NCBI GenBank assembly: GCA_043824255.1 | Contig: JBDRTG010000034.1 | Span: 1,631 to 65,630 of the forward strand | Reading direction: 5' to 3' | From: a bacterium | GTDB lineage: Bacteria; JAHJDO01 | DNA length: 64,000 nt | Shown here: positions 38,469 to 47,447 of the stretch, in pieces | Numbering within the stretch: position 1 is the first letter of the stretch | How the letters are laid out: each line of letters opens with the position of its first letter | The notes under the pieces: model-generated | The model's input: the letters and a program-made list of their open reading frames with translations, nothing else | Databases searched by the model: none | Told to the model about the DNA's origin: nothing | Translations under genes and position numbers: made by a program

Positions 38469-39314
38469 ATGCATAGTAAATTTATATTAAGATGTGGTAA
38501 ACGCACAATAGATTTGAGAAAAAAACCAGCGTTAATGGGCATATTGAATGTAACTCCGGATTCTTTTTCTGACGGAGGATTATACGATACACATCAGAAG
38601 GCAATAAATCGGGTTGATGAGATGATTGCGCAGGGTGCAGATATTATAGATATAGGAGGTGAGTCAACACGTCCAGGAGCAGAACCAGTTACAGAAAAAG
38701 AAGAAAGCGCCAGAGTTATCTCTTTGATAAAGGAGATAGTTAAGAAATTTAATCTGCCTGTTTCAATTGATACAAGAAAAGCAGAAGTTGCGAAGAAGGC
38801 TCTGGACGCAGGCGCTTGTATGGTAAATAATGTAGGGGGATTGAAAGGGAACAGGGAACTTGGTAAAATTGTTGCACATTATGATGTTCCTATTATTCTT
38901 ATGCATATGAGAGGAAATCCGCAGACTATGCAAAAGGATATTAAATACAGATCGGTCGTCTCAGATATTATAGAGGAATTAAAAAGCAGTATAGCCCTGG
39001 CACAGGATGCTGGAATAAGAGAAGATAATATCTTGGTGGATCCAGGAATTGGGTTTGGCAAAACTACAGAGGATAATTTAAAAATTATTAATAGAATTAG
39101 TGAATTCAAAATACTGGGAAAGCCAGTTGTCTTAGGCCCATCAAGAAAATCGTTTATAGGAAATGTGCTTAATTTAGATGTTAAGGAACGACTTGAAGGT
39201 ACATTAGCTGCAGTGGCATATGCTGTCTTAAAGGATGTAAGCATTATTCGCGTTCATGATGTTGTAGAGACAAGAAGAGTTATTGATATGATAAAAGCTA
39301 TAAAGGATGTTTAG
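38469..39314 (+). CDS. folP: Dihydropteroate synthase
   Basis: 281 aa. Motifs: MGILNVTPDSFSDGG, DIGGESTRPG, SIDT. Confidence 0.9.
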   Translation: MHSKFILRCGKRTIDLRKKPALMGILNVTPDSFSDGGLYDTHQKAINRVDEMIAQGADIIDIGGESTRPGAEPVTEKEESARVISLIKEIVKKFNLPVSIDTRKAEVAKKALDAGACMVNNVGGLKGNRELGKIVAHYDVPIILMHMRGNPQTMQKDIKYRSVVSDIIEELKSSIALAQDAGIREDNILVDPGIGFGKTTEDNLKIINRISEFKILGKPVVLGPSRKSFIGNVLNLDVKERLEGTLAAVAYAVLKDVSIIRVHDVVETRRVIDMIKAIKDV

Positions 39315-40126
39315 TGTTTTCAGACTTTCTTAATAATACTATAAGGTTTTTTTCGGTTTTAGGCTGGCGAGATTTTGTAGAAATTCTTGTATTGGCTGTT
39401 ATTTTCTATAGAGTCTTTTTGTTTATTAAAGGCACCAGAACTATCCAGGTTATGAAGGGACTCTTTATCATTGTGCTTGTTGCGCTTTTGGCAAAGATTC
39501 TGAATTTATACACGATAAGCTGGATACTTGAGAAAGTATTAGCTATAGGCGTAATAGCCATCTTAATTGTTTTTCAACCTGAATTAAGGCGTGCTCTTTC
39601 AAGAATAGGACAGAATCCACTTAATATATCCTTGCAAGAAGATGAGTTAATAGACGAAATAGTAAAATCTGTAAATATGCTTTCCAGAAAGAATATTGGT
39701 GCGCTTATTGTAATTGGTCGTGAAATTGGTCTGAAAGATTATATGGAAACAGGTGTTCGTATAAATGCTAAAGTTACAAGTGAACTGTTAAGCAGTATTT
39801 TTACTCCTAATTCACCGCTTCACGATGGCGCAGTCATAATTGAGCGAGGAGAACTTGTCGCTGCAAGCTGTATTCTGCCTCTTGTAGAACTGCCTAATAT
39901 CGGGAGAGTGCTGGGAACCAGACATAGAGCTGCCTTGAGTTTAACAAAAGAGACTGATGCAACAGTAATTGTAGTATCAGAAGAAACTGGAGGTATCTCT
40001 GTTGCAATAAGGAGAAAGCTGACACGTGATATAGATGGTATTACTTTGAGAAAAATATTGCATAACTTATATGCTCCTAGTGAGAAAAGCAAAAAAGCTT
40101 TCTGGATATGGAAGAGAAATAAGTAA
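39314..40126 (+). CDS. cdaA: Diadenylate cyclase CdaA (membrane-anchored DAC domain)
   Basis: 270 aa with a GTG start overlapping the folP stop. It has three N-terminal TM helices. DAC motifs: PLHDGAVII and GTRHRAALSLTKETDATVIVVSEETGGISVA. Confidence 0.9.
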   Translation: MFSDFLNNTIRFFSVLGWRDFVEILVLAVIFYRVFLFIKGTRTIQVMKGLFIIVLVALLAKILNLYTISWILEKVLAIGVIAILIVFQPELRRALSRIGQNPLNISLQEDELIDEIVKSVNMLSRKNIGALIVIGREIGLKDYMETGVRINAKVTSELLSSIFTPNSPLHDGAVIIERGELVAASCILPLVELPNIGRVLGTRHRAALSLTKETDATVIVVSEETGGISVAIRRKLTRDIDGITLRKILHNLYAPSEKSKKAFWIWKRNK

Positions 40127-40557
40127 TGGTCAAAAATTGGGGATTTAAAATATTGTCATTTTTTATTGCCTGTATGATTTGGTTCTATATATCAGGGGAG
40201 GAGGGGGCAGATGTTGCAAAAAGAAGAGAAAAAGATAAAGTGTTAAGGAATGTTGTTGTAAAGGTAGTACATCCATTTTCTTTTATTTTGCAAGTGGAAC
40301 CGGATCCAAAGCATATAAGCGTGCAAATAAGAGGTGCGTCTCATGTTGTAGATAAACTAACCTCTAAAAGTATTCTTGTTTTTGTAGATGTAAGTGCTTT
40401 AGGGAAGGGGAACTATGTTTTACCAGTACAAATTAAACTACCTGCAGACGTAAGACTTATTCAAATTACTCCTCTTACAGTAAAGGTGTTGCTTAAAGAT
40501 ATAATTGGGATATCTGTTCCTTCTCTTGTGCAAGAGAAGGAAAAAAGAGATATGTGA
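40126..40557 (+). CDS. YbbR/CdaR-like domain protein (short)
   Basis: 143 aa with an N-terminal TM segment and a single YbbR-like beta domain. Its start overlaps the cdaA stop by 1 nt (TAATG). Confidence 0.55.
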   Translation: MVKNWGFKILSFFIACMIWFYISGEEGADVAKRREKDKVLRNVVVKVVHPFSFILQVEPDPKHISVQIRGASHVVDKLTSKSILVFVDVSALGKGNYVLPVQIKLPADVRLIQITPLTVKVLLKDIIGISVPSLVQEKEKRDM

Positions 40558-41273
40558 TGTCAAAATTAGGTGTAAATATAGACCATATTGCAACGGTTAG
40601 GCAGGCTAGAAGAACCTTTGAGCCTGATCCTGTTAAGGCAGTTCATTTATGCGAAATCGCTGGTGCTGATAGCATTGTTTCTCATTTAAGAGAGGATAGA
40701 AGACACATCAATGATAGAGATATAAGATTAATAAAAGAAATCGTAAACATAAGGTTCAATCTTGAAATGTCAATTGCGGCTGAAATCGTTGATATTGCTC
40801 TGAAACTTGAACCTGATCAGGTAAGTTTGGTTCCTGAAAAAAGAGAAGAAGTCACAACAGAAGGCGGGCTAGACGTAGTTTTTAAAAAGAATGAATTAAA
40901 GGAGATAATCCAGCGTTTCAAGGATAAGGACATTATTGTGAATCTTTTTATAGATCCTGAAATATCTCAGATAGATGGATCTTTAGAAGTCAACTCAGAT
41001 GCGATTGAACTACATACAGGAAGTTATGCAAATGCGACCAATCAGTCAGCTATGGAAGATGAATTCAAGAAAATTGCAGGTGCTACAAATTATGCCAGAA
41101 AACACGGACTTGTTGTGCATGCAGGACATGGATTAACGTATTTTAATGTTAAAAAAATTGCAGACATCAAAGAAATAGAAGAACTGAATATTGGACATAC
41201 GATTATATCCCGAGCCGTATTTGTAGGGTTGGAAAGAGCAGTGAGGGATATGATAGGGCTTATAAGGACTTAG
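40557..41273 (+). CDS. pdxJ: Pyridoxine 5'-phosphate synthase
   Basis: Motif LGVNIDHIATVRQAR..EPDP and HAGHGL. ATG 40557 is preferred over the in-frame GTG at 40554. Confidence 0.9.
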   Translation: MSKLGVNIDHIATVRQARRTFEPDPVKAVHLCEIAGADSIVSHLREDRRHINDRDIRLIKEIVNIRFNLEMSIAAEIVDIALKLEPDQVSLVPEKREEVTTEGGLDVVFKKNELKEIIQRFKDKDIIVNLFIDPEISQIDGSLEVNSDAIELHTGSYANATNQSAMEDEFKKIAGATNYARKHGLVVHAGHGLTYFNVKKIADIKEIEELNIGHTIISRAVFVGLERAVRDMIGLIRT

Positions 41274-41283
41274 GAACAGTCTA

Positions 41284-42867
41284 GTGAAAGTAGCTAGTTT
41301 CGATCAGATGAGAGAGATAGATAGGGTTGCAATAGAGGAATGTGGAATTAATAGTTTGTCTCTTATGGAGAATGCGGGTCGCTCAGTTGGTAAGAACGCA
41401 GAAGAAATGCTGTCTGAAACGAAAACAAATTCGCAGGTTCTTGTAGTCTGCGGAAAAGGGAATAATGGGGGAGACGGCTTTGTAGCAGCACGTCATCTTC
41501 TGAATTCAAAGTATGTCAAAGACATAGATATTAAAGTAGCATTTCTTGGCAATATCAAAGACATAAAAGGTGACGCAAAAACAAATTTTGACATTATAAA
41601 GGAGATGGGTGCTGATATATTTGAAATCTTCCAATTGAAACAATTACAAAAAGCGGAACATGTTTTTTCTCATGCAAGTTTAACAATAGACGCAATCTTT
41701 GGTATCGGATTAAGGGGTGCGGTAAGAGGGGTATCGCTTGAGGTAATTAAGTGCATAAACATGTTGAAATCAAACAAGGTTCTTTCTGTTGATTTACCTT
41801 CTGGGCTTTATGAGGGGTTTGATAAAAAGAGAGACGTTTGTATTCAAGCTGATAGAACAATCACTTTTGGCCTGCCCAAAAAAGAGTTATTGATTTATCC
41901 CGGCATTAAATTTACTGGCAATCTTATTATTCAGGATATAGGTCTTCCCGAAAAACTCTTAACAGATCCAGAATTAAAACTAAATTTGATGACCCATAGC
42001 GAGCTATCTTCTCTTATTCCTAAGCGGCCGGTTAATTCACATAAAGGCACCTTTGGACATGTGTTTATTATAGCTGGCTCCAGAGGATTAACAGGTGCGG
42101 CGGCTCTAGCCAGTCTTGGAGCCCTTTATTCTGGAACAGGTCTTGTCACACTTGGAATCCCTGAGAGTTTGAATTCTATTATGGAAATGAAGCTAACAGA
42201 GGTTATGACAAAACCTCTGGCTGAAACCGCGAGTGGAAGCTTTAGTAAAAAGGCAAAGAAAGAAATACTGGATTTTTCATCAAGGGTTGATGTTGTTGCT
42301 ATAGGCCCGGGAATTTCTAAAAATTCCGAAACGAGTTCTTTAATTCGCGAATTAATAGAATTATTAGAAAAACCAGTTGTAATTGATGCAGATGGAATTA
42401 ATGCACTTGCTGGGCATGTATCAATGCTTAAGAAGAGAAGATATCCAACAATTATAACTCCTCATCCTGGCGAAATGGCGGGACTTATTGAAAGACACCT
42501 GTCTGAAATTACTTCAGACAGAATAGACATAGCAGAAAAGTTTGCAGTTACATATAAAATTATTACCTTGTTAAAGGGTGCAAGAACAATTATTGCTGAT
42601 GAAAAAGGCAATGTTTATATAAATCCCACGGGTAATCCTGCTTTAGCCATAGGGGGAATGGGAGATGTTCTTACCGGGCTTATCTCAGGGCTAGTTGCAC
42701 AGGGTCTTTCTGGATTAGACGGGGCAAAACTCGGAGCATATTTACATGGTCTGGCAGCAGATATATGGAAAGACGAAAACAAGCTGGATAGATGTTTGAC
42801 TGCTACAGAATTAGTAAACTACATACCAAAGGCTTTCGCAAGGATATATAATGAAAACTTTTTTTAA
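41284..42867 (+). CDS. nnr: Bifunctional NAD(P)H-hydrate repair enzyme (epimerase plus ADP-dependent dehydratase)
   Basis: 527 aa. The YjeF_N motif GKGNNGGDG is present, and the C-terminal carbohydrate-kinase-like domain has HKGTFGHV and GGMGDVLTG. Confidence 0.85.
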   Translation: MKVASFDQMREIDRVAIEECGINSLSLMENAGRSVGKNAEEMLSETKTNSQVLVVCGKGNNGGDGFVAARHLLNSKYVKDIDIKVAFLGNIKDIKGDAKTNFDIIKEMGADIFEIFQLKQLQKAEHVFSHASLTIDAIFGIGLRGAVRGVSLEVIKCINMLKSNKVLSVDLPSGLYEGFDKKRDVCIQADRTITFGLPKKELLIYPGIKFTGNLIIQDIGLPEKLLTDPELKLNLMTHSELSSLIPKRPVNSHKGTFGHVFIIAGSRGLTGAAALASLGALYSGTGLVTLGIPESLNSIMEMKLTEVMTKPLAETASGSFSKKAKKEILDFSSRVDVVAIGPGISKNSETSSLIRELIELLEKPVVIDADGINALAGHVSMLKKRRYPTIITPHPGEMAGLIERHLSEITSDRIDIAEKFAVTYKIITLLKGARTIIADEKGNVYINPTGNPALAIGGMGDVLTGLISGLVAQGLSGLDGAKLGAYLHGLAADIWKDENKLDRCLTATELVNYIPKAFARIYNENFF

Positions 42868-44149
42868 ACTGGATGAATTAGGAACTAATGTCAGACAAGA
42901 GGTTATTGCTGGAATAACAACATTTGCCACTATGGCGTACATAATTATTGTTAACCCAAAGATTCTGGAGGCAGCAGGTATGCCTTTTGGCGCATCTATG
43001 ACTGCTACAATATTGAGCGCTTTCTTTGGGACACTGCTAATGGGTGTTTATGCAAAACGGCCATTTGCAATTGCTCCTTATATGGGCGAAAACGCTTTTA
43101 TTGCTTTTACTGTTGTTAAAGTGCTTGGATATAGTTGGCAGACTGCCCTGGGTGCTATATTTATCGGCGGTGTTCTGTTTACACTGCTTACTATTTTTAA
43201 AATACGTAGCTGGCTGGCCAATTCAATACCGGAAGGACTTAAAATAGCTTTCGTAGTAGGCATCGGACTGTTCTTAACATTCATTGGTCTTAATGAAACA
43301 GGGATTATAAAATTGGGAGTGCCTGGAGCTCCAGTATGTGTCGGGAATTTTAAGAATGTCCCTGTTTTGTTATCTATACTTGGATTTTTATTGATAGGTT
43401 TTTTGATGATAAAGAGAATAAAAGGATCAATTCTATGGGGAATTCTGGCAATCACTTTTCTTGCTTTTTGTATGAAAGTAACACCAGTTCCAGATAAATG
43501 GATCAGTATGCCACCTAGTATAGCGCCTATTTTTTTAAAACTGGATATACTGGGTGCATTAAAGTGGGGATTCTTTTCGGTTGTTTTAACTGTGTTTGTA
43601 ATGGACTTTGTGGATACTCTGGGCACGTTAATCGGGGTGTCATACAAAGCCGGTTTTTTGGATAAGAACGGGAACCTGCCAGAGATTGAAAAACCAATGT
43701 TATGTGATTCTTTGGCAACAGTTGTTGGAGCTTTACTAGGGACAACTACAACAGGCACATATATTGAATCAGCAGCAGGAATTGAATCAGGGGGCAGGTC
43801 CGGGTTAACCTCTGTGGTAACAGCATTTTTATTTCTATTGGCTCTGTTTTTCAGCCCTTTTTTTAGCGTAATTCCTTCATGCGCTTATGGCCCAGCCTTG
43901 ATCATTGTTGGCATGCTTATGCTCTCTCCAATTGCTAAGGTAAAGTTTGATGACTTTACTGAGGTTATTCCTGTTTTTTCTGTTATTGTCTTAATGAGTT
44001 TTACATATAATTTGGGTATTGGTATGACTGCTGGCTTTGTGATTTACCCTCTTATGAAGGTATTATCAGGAAGGTTCAGGGAAGTTCCTCTTGGGCTGTG
44101 GATATTGGGGGTATTATCCCTGGTTTTCTTTGTTTTCTATCCGTATTAA
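42851..44149 (+). CDS. NCS2-family purine (adenine/guanine/hypoxanthine) permease, AzgA/PbuG-like
   Basis: 432 aa and polytopic. The N-terminus (FKLDELGTNVRQEVIAGITTFATMAYIIIVNP) is typical of AzgA-type permeases. Confidence 0.8.
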   Translation: MKTFFKLDELGTNVRQEVIAGITTFATMAYIIIVNPKILEAAGMPFGASMTATILSAFFGTLLMGVYAKRPFAIAPYMGENAFIAFTVVKVLGYSWQTALGAIFIGGVLFTLLTIFKIRSWLANSIPEGLKIAFVVGIGLFLTFIGLNETGIIKLGVPGAPVCVGNFKNVPVLLSILGFLLIGFLMIKRIKGSILWGILAITFLAFCMKVTPVPDKWISMPPSIAPIFLKLDILGALKWGFFSVVLTVFVMDFVDTLGTLIGVSYKAGFLDKNGNLPEIEKPMLCDSLATVVGALLGTTTTGTYIESAAGIESGGRSGLTSVVTAFLFLLALFFSPFFSVIPSCAYGPALIIVGMLMLSPIAKVKFDDFTEVIPVFSVIVLMSFTYNLGIGMTAGFVIYPLMKVLSGRFREVPLGLWILGVLSLVFFVFYPY

Positions 44150-44199
44150 ATGTTATAAAATACGATCTCAACTGACAAAAAACAAAAGGAGAAAAGACA

Positions 44200-44742
44200 A
44201 TGAAACTAGATTTAAATGACTGGTACAAAGTCTTAGCACCCAGACCTACAGTATTAGTGGCTACAGTTAATGGCAAGGGTATTTCAAATGCTGCACCGTT
44301 TAGCTTTGTCATGCCGGTTTCAATGAAGCCTGCTTTAGTTGCCTTTAGCTCTGCCCCTAAACGGCATACATTGGCTAATATCCGCCTGATAAAAGATTTT
44401 ACAATCAATATACCAGGAAAAGAACTATTAAATCAGGTCTGGAAGTGTGCGGAGAGTTTTCATGAAGGAGTAAGTGAAATAAAAAAGTCTAACTTGACAG
44501 AAGTTAAGCTGGACGGAATAAAATCTCCCGGGATAAAAGAGTGTTATGCAATATTTAGTTGTAAGCTTTTTAAAGAAATTTCAGCTGGTGACCATGTACT
44601 GGTGATCGGGGAAGTAGTCGGAGCAGAGATAAGGGCAGATGTCTTTGAAAACAAAAAGTTTGATTCCCAAGCAGCAAGTCCACTCATGCATATTGGGGGA
44701 GAGGAATTTTCATTGCCCGGAGAAAAACTCATAGCTGGATGA
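44200..44742 (+). CDS. Flavin reductase-like (FMN-binding split-barrel) protein
   Basis: 180 aa. The pattern RPTVLVATVNGKG.SNAAPFSF is typical of the Flavin_Reduct domain. Confidence 0.65.
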   Translation: MKLDLNDWYKVLAPRPTVLVATVNGKGISNAAPFSFVMPVSMKPALVAFSSAPKRHTLANIRLIKDFTINIPGKELLNQVWKCAESFHEGVSEIKKSNLTEVKLDGIKSPGIKECYAIFSCKLFKEISAGDHVLVIGEVVGAEIRADVFENKKFDSQAASPLMHIGGEEFSLPGEKLIAG

Positions 44743-44758
44743 AACCCATACGGAAATC

Positions 44759-44786
44759 TTGCCATTTGAATTAAAGCATGTATAAT
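44759..44786 (+). promoter_or_regulatory. Sigma70-type promoter for the tRNA Thr-Tyr-Gly cluster
   Basis: TTGCCA (44759-44764), a 16-nt spacer, then TATAAT (44781-44786), preceded directly by TG. It ends 22 nt upstream of tRNA-Thr. Confidence 0.55.
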
Positions 44787-44808
44787 AGCAAGGTTTTTAA
44801 ATTGCAAT

Positions 44809-44881
44809 GCCGGTGTAGCTCAGTTGGTAGAGCAGCTGATTTGTAATCAGCGGGTCGGGGGTTCAAGTCCCTTCGCCGGCT
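44809..44881 (+). tRNA. tRNA-Thr (anticodon TGT)
   Basis: Hand-folded cloverleaf:
- acceptor GCCGGTG/CGCCGGC
- anticodon arm GCTGA-TTTGTAA-TCAGC
- T-loop TTCAAGT. Confidence 0.9.
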
Positions 44882-44889
44882 CTAAAAAT

Positions 44890-44974
44890 GGGGAGATTCC
44901 CAAGTGGCCAAAGGGATCAGACTGTAAATCTGACGGCGATGCCTTCGGAGGTTCGAATCCTCCTCTCCCCACCA
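44890..44974 (+). tRNA. tRNA-Tyr (anticodon GTA), class II with long variable arm, encoded CCA
   Basis: Hand-folded cloverleaf:
- acceptor GGGGAGA/TCTCCCC
- anticodon arm TCAGA-CTGTAAA-TCTGA
- 13-nt variable arm
- T-arm GGAGG-TTCGAAT-CCTCC
- 3' ACCA. Confidence 0.9.
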
Positions 44975-44975
44975 T

Positions 44976-45046
44976 GCGGGTGTAGTTCAGTGGTAGAACA
45001 CAAGCTTCCCAAGCTTGATACGAGGGTTCGATTCCCTTCACCCGCT
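44976..45046 (+). tRNA. tRNA-Gly (anticodon CCC)
   Basis: Hand-folded cloverleaf:
- acceptor GCGGGTG/CACCCGC
- anticodon arm CAAGC-TTCCCAA-GCTTG
- T-loop TTCGATT

A T-run follows the gene. Confidence 0.9.
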
Positions 45047-45331
45047 CTTTTTTTTATTTTCTTGCTTCTTTCGCTGTTTTTTCTTCCAAATCATAATTTA
45101 AAATTAGAAATTTTTTCGTATTTCATGCTTCGAATTTAATCTTTTTTAGCATCTGCTTATTTTAGATATAAAGAAGACAGTTAACTAATGTTAATTTTGT
45201 CTATTAAAAAAACGCAAAATTAGCATAATGCAAATTAATTTAAAATCGGAGCTAGAGATAATATTTAATTCTAAATAAAAAATAAACTACAAATTAAATT
45301 AAACAAACTTAGTTCAGAAATAAAAAAAGTC

Positions 45332-45359
45332 TTGACAATTGATTGTATGTTTGTATAAT
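45332..45359 (+). promoter_or_regulatory. Near-consensus sigma70 promoter in front of the ROK regulator and catabolic island
   Basis: TTGACA (45332-45337), a 16-nt spacer, then TATAAT (45354-45359), preceded directly by TG. The ATG at 45369 is only 9 nt downstream and has no SD. Confidence 0.55.
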
Positions 45360-45368
45360 TTAATTGGC

Positions 45369-46589
45369 ATGGATATAAAGATAAAGAAACAAGACTATTG
45401 CAAATTTCGAGTAATTGATTTTATCAGAACAAATCCGGGTGTATCACGTCAGAATATTGGAAAACAATTGCACCTTTCTCCAGCTACTATCACTAATTTC
45501 GCAGGTGATTTAATCAAACATAAAATTATTCAAGAAATTGGGCAAAGCGCAAGCACAGGAGGGCGAAAACCTATAGCTTTGAGTGTCATTCCAAAGATTG
45601 GTTATGCAATTGGTGTAGACATGGAGGCAAGGATAAATATCAGAATCTCAATTGTAGATTTTGCTATGAATCTCGTTGCAACAAAAAAAATGTCTATCGG
45701 AAACATTAAAGATGCAAATAAAATCGCTTCAAATCTGGTTGAGTTAATTAGAAAATTGATAAAAGAAAATAAAATTAACATTGCGCATATAATTGGAATA
45801 GGTATTGGATTCCCTCTTTTGGTTAATGTGAAGAATAATATTCATTCGCATTTAAACAGAGGATATTTACTGCAGACATCAATAAAAGAGGTATTAGAAA
45901 AAAACTTTTCTATTCCAATGTCTATTGACACGAATGGAAGAACACCTCTCGTTGCAGAACAGTATATAGGTGCAGGAAGAGAGTCAAAAGACTTCCTATT
46001 TTTACTTGTGCGTTATGGCATAGTTCTTGGAGTGGTTATAGATAGCAAAATATATAGTGGAATGAATGGAATTGCAGGAGAGGTTGGACATACCATTCTC
46101 TTTAATAATGCCATTCAGTGCGAATGCGGCGCAAAGGGATGTATAGAGGCATGGAATAGTGGTAAGTCAATATTAAATGAAGTAAAGCAGGTAATTAAAA
46201 AAAGTTCAGGCACAGAACTCTCAAAAGAAATTATTGCAAAAAAAGATAAGATTACTCTTAACGACGTAATATATGAAGCAAAAAAAGGTAATAAGTTTGT
46301 TCTGTCTCTCTTTGAGAAACTGGCAAAGAACACAGGTATATTAATTGCAAACTTAATAAATATTTTCAATCCTGAGAAAGTAATAATAAGCGGGATATTA
46401 AATGATTTTGAAAACAAAGTCAGGACTCTTATTGAGCGAAAAATAAGGGCTCATGCAATAGAAGAAGCGCGCGTTAATCTGGAGATTATTTTCTCAAAGA
46501 GCGGAGAATATACAGGAGCGATAGGCGCTGGGATTCTGGCAATTAATTCAGACAGCCATCAGTTTATAAAGAGGAGATATTATTCATGA
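45369..46589 (+). CDS. ROK-family transcriptional regulator (NagC/XylR-like)
   Basis: It has an N-terminal winged HTH (VSRQNIGKQLHLSPATITNFAGDLIKHKII) and a ROK domain with the zinc motif GHT...CECGAKGCIEAW. The TTG at 45339 lies inside the promoter, so the ATG at 45369 is preferred. Confidence 0.85.
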   Translation: MDIKIKKQDYCKFRVIDFIRTNPGVSRQNIGKQLHLSPATITNFAGDLIKHKIIQEIGQSASTGGRKPIALSVIPKIGYAIGVDMEARINIRISIVDFAMNLVATKKMSIGNIKDANKIASNLVELIRKLIKENKINIAHIIGIGIGFPLLVNVKNNIHSHLNRGYLLQTSIKEVLEKNFSIPMSIDTNGRTPLVAEQYIGAGRESKDFLFLLVRYGIVLGVVIDSKIYSGMNGIAGEVGHTILFNNAIQCECGAKGCIEAWNSGKSILNEVKQVIKKSSGTELSKEIIAKKDKITLNDVIYEAKKGNKFVLSLFEKLAKNTGILIANLINIFNPEKVIISGILNDFENKVRTLIERKIRAHAIEEARVNLEIIFSKSGEYTGAIGAGILAINSDSHQFIKRRYYS

Positions 46590-47434
46590 GTAAGAAATTT
46601 AATGAGCATAGGTTTGATCAATTGGCAAAGGAGTTTCGTTATGTAATTACAGACATGATATGCCGGGCAGGATCAGGACACTTGGGTGGAGCGTTGAGCC
46701 TGGTAGAAATAATCATTACATTGTACTACCGAATAATGAATATTGACTCAAAGAATCCTCGCTGGCATGGACGTGATCGTCTTGTTCTTTCCAAAGGGCA
46801 TGCTGGTCCAATTATATATACAGCTCTGGCATATAAGGGGTTTTTCCCAAAGAGTTGGCTGCATACTCTGAATGCAGATGGAACAAGATTGCCTTCTCAT
46901 ATGGATCAGATTCTTACTCCAGGCATTGATATGTCTGCAGGTTCTCTTGGGCAGGGGCTCTCATGTGCCTGTGGAATTACTTTAGCAGGAAAGCTGGATA
47001 ATAAATCGTATAGAACCTTCTGCATTATTGGGGATGGAGAAAGTAATGAAGGACAAATCTGGGAAGCAGCTATGTTTGCGGCGCATAACAAGTTAGATAA
47101 TCTTGTGGTTATTTGTGACTACAACAAGTTACAGATTGATGGTTTTACAGATGATATCCTTTCATTGGAGCCTTTAACAGATAAGTGGCAGAGTTTTGGT
47201 TGGAAAGTTTTTGAGATGGATGGTCATGATTGGAACGATATTTATACTACGATTAATAAGGCAATTGCAGTAGAAAAGAAACCTGCAATGGTTATAGCCC
47301 ATACGATCAAAGGTAAGGGGAATACAATTATCGAAAATAAGCCTGAAAGTCACAATATAAAGGTTCCGGATGAAGAAGCGTATCAAAAGTATATGAATGC
47401 ACTTGTGGATAAGAATGTAAAACTTCCATATTGA
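46586..47434 (+). CDS. Transketolase, N-terminal (TPP-binding) subunit of a split enzyme
   Basis: 282 aa. Motifs: GSGHLGGALSLVEI, RDRLVLSKGHAGP, GDGESNEGQIWEA. Confidence 0.9.
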   Translation: MSKKFNEHRFDQLAKEFRYVITDMICRAGSGHLGGALSLVEIIITLYYRIMNIDSKNPRWHGRDRLVLSKGHAGPIIYTALAYKGFFPKSWLHTLNADGTRLPSHMDQILTPGIDMSAGSLGQGLSCACGITLAGKLDNKSYRTFCIIGDGESNEGQIWEAAMFAAHNKLDNLVVICDYNKLQIDGFTDDILSLEPLTDKWQSFGWKVFEMDGHDWNDIYTTINKAIAVEKKPAMVIAHTIKGKGNTIIENKPESHNIKVPDEEAYQKYMNALVDKNVKLPY

Positions 47435-47447
47435 GGAGATGAAAGAA

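Noticed and set aside
42700-42900. A purine riboswitch ahead of the NCS2 purine permease, and T-box or other leaders ahead of pheS and folP.
   Set aside because: The permease start overlaps the end of nnr by 17 nt, and the other genes have intergenic regions of less than 60 nt. There is no room for a riboswitch aptamer.
44847-45139. ORFs 44847-45041 (-) and 44888-45139 (+).
   Set aside because: They lie entirely across three well-folding tRNA genes (Thr, Tyr, Gly) and so are spurious.
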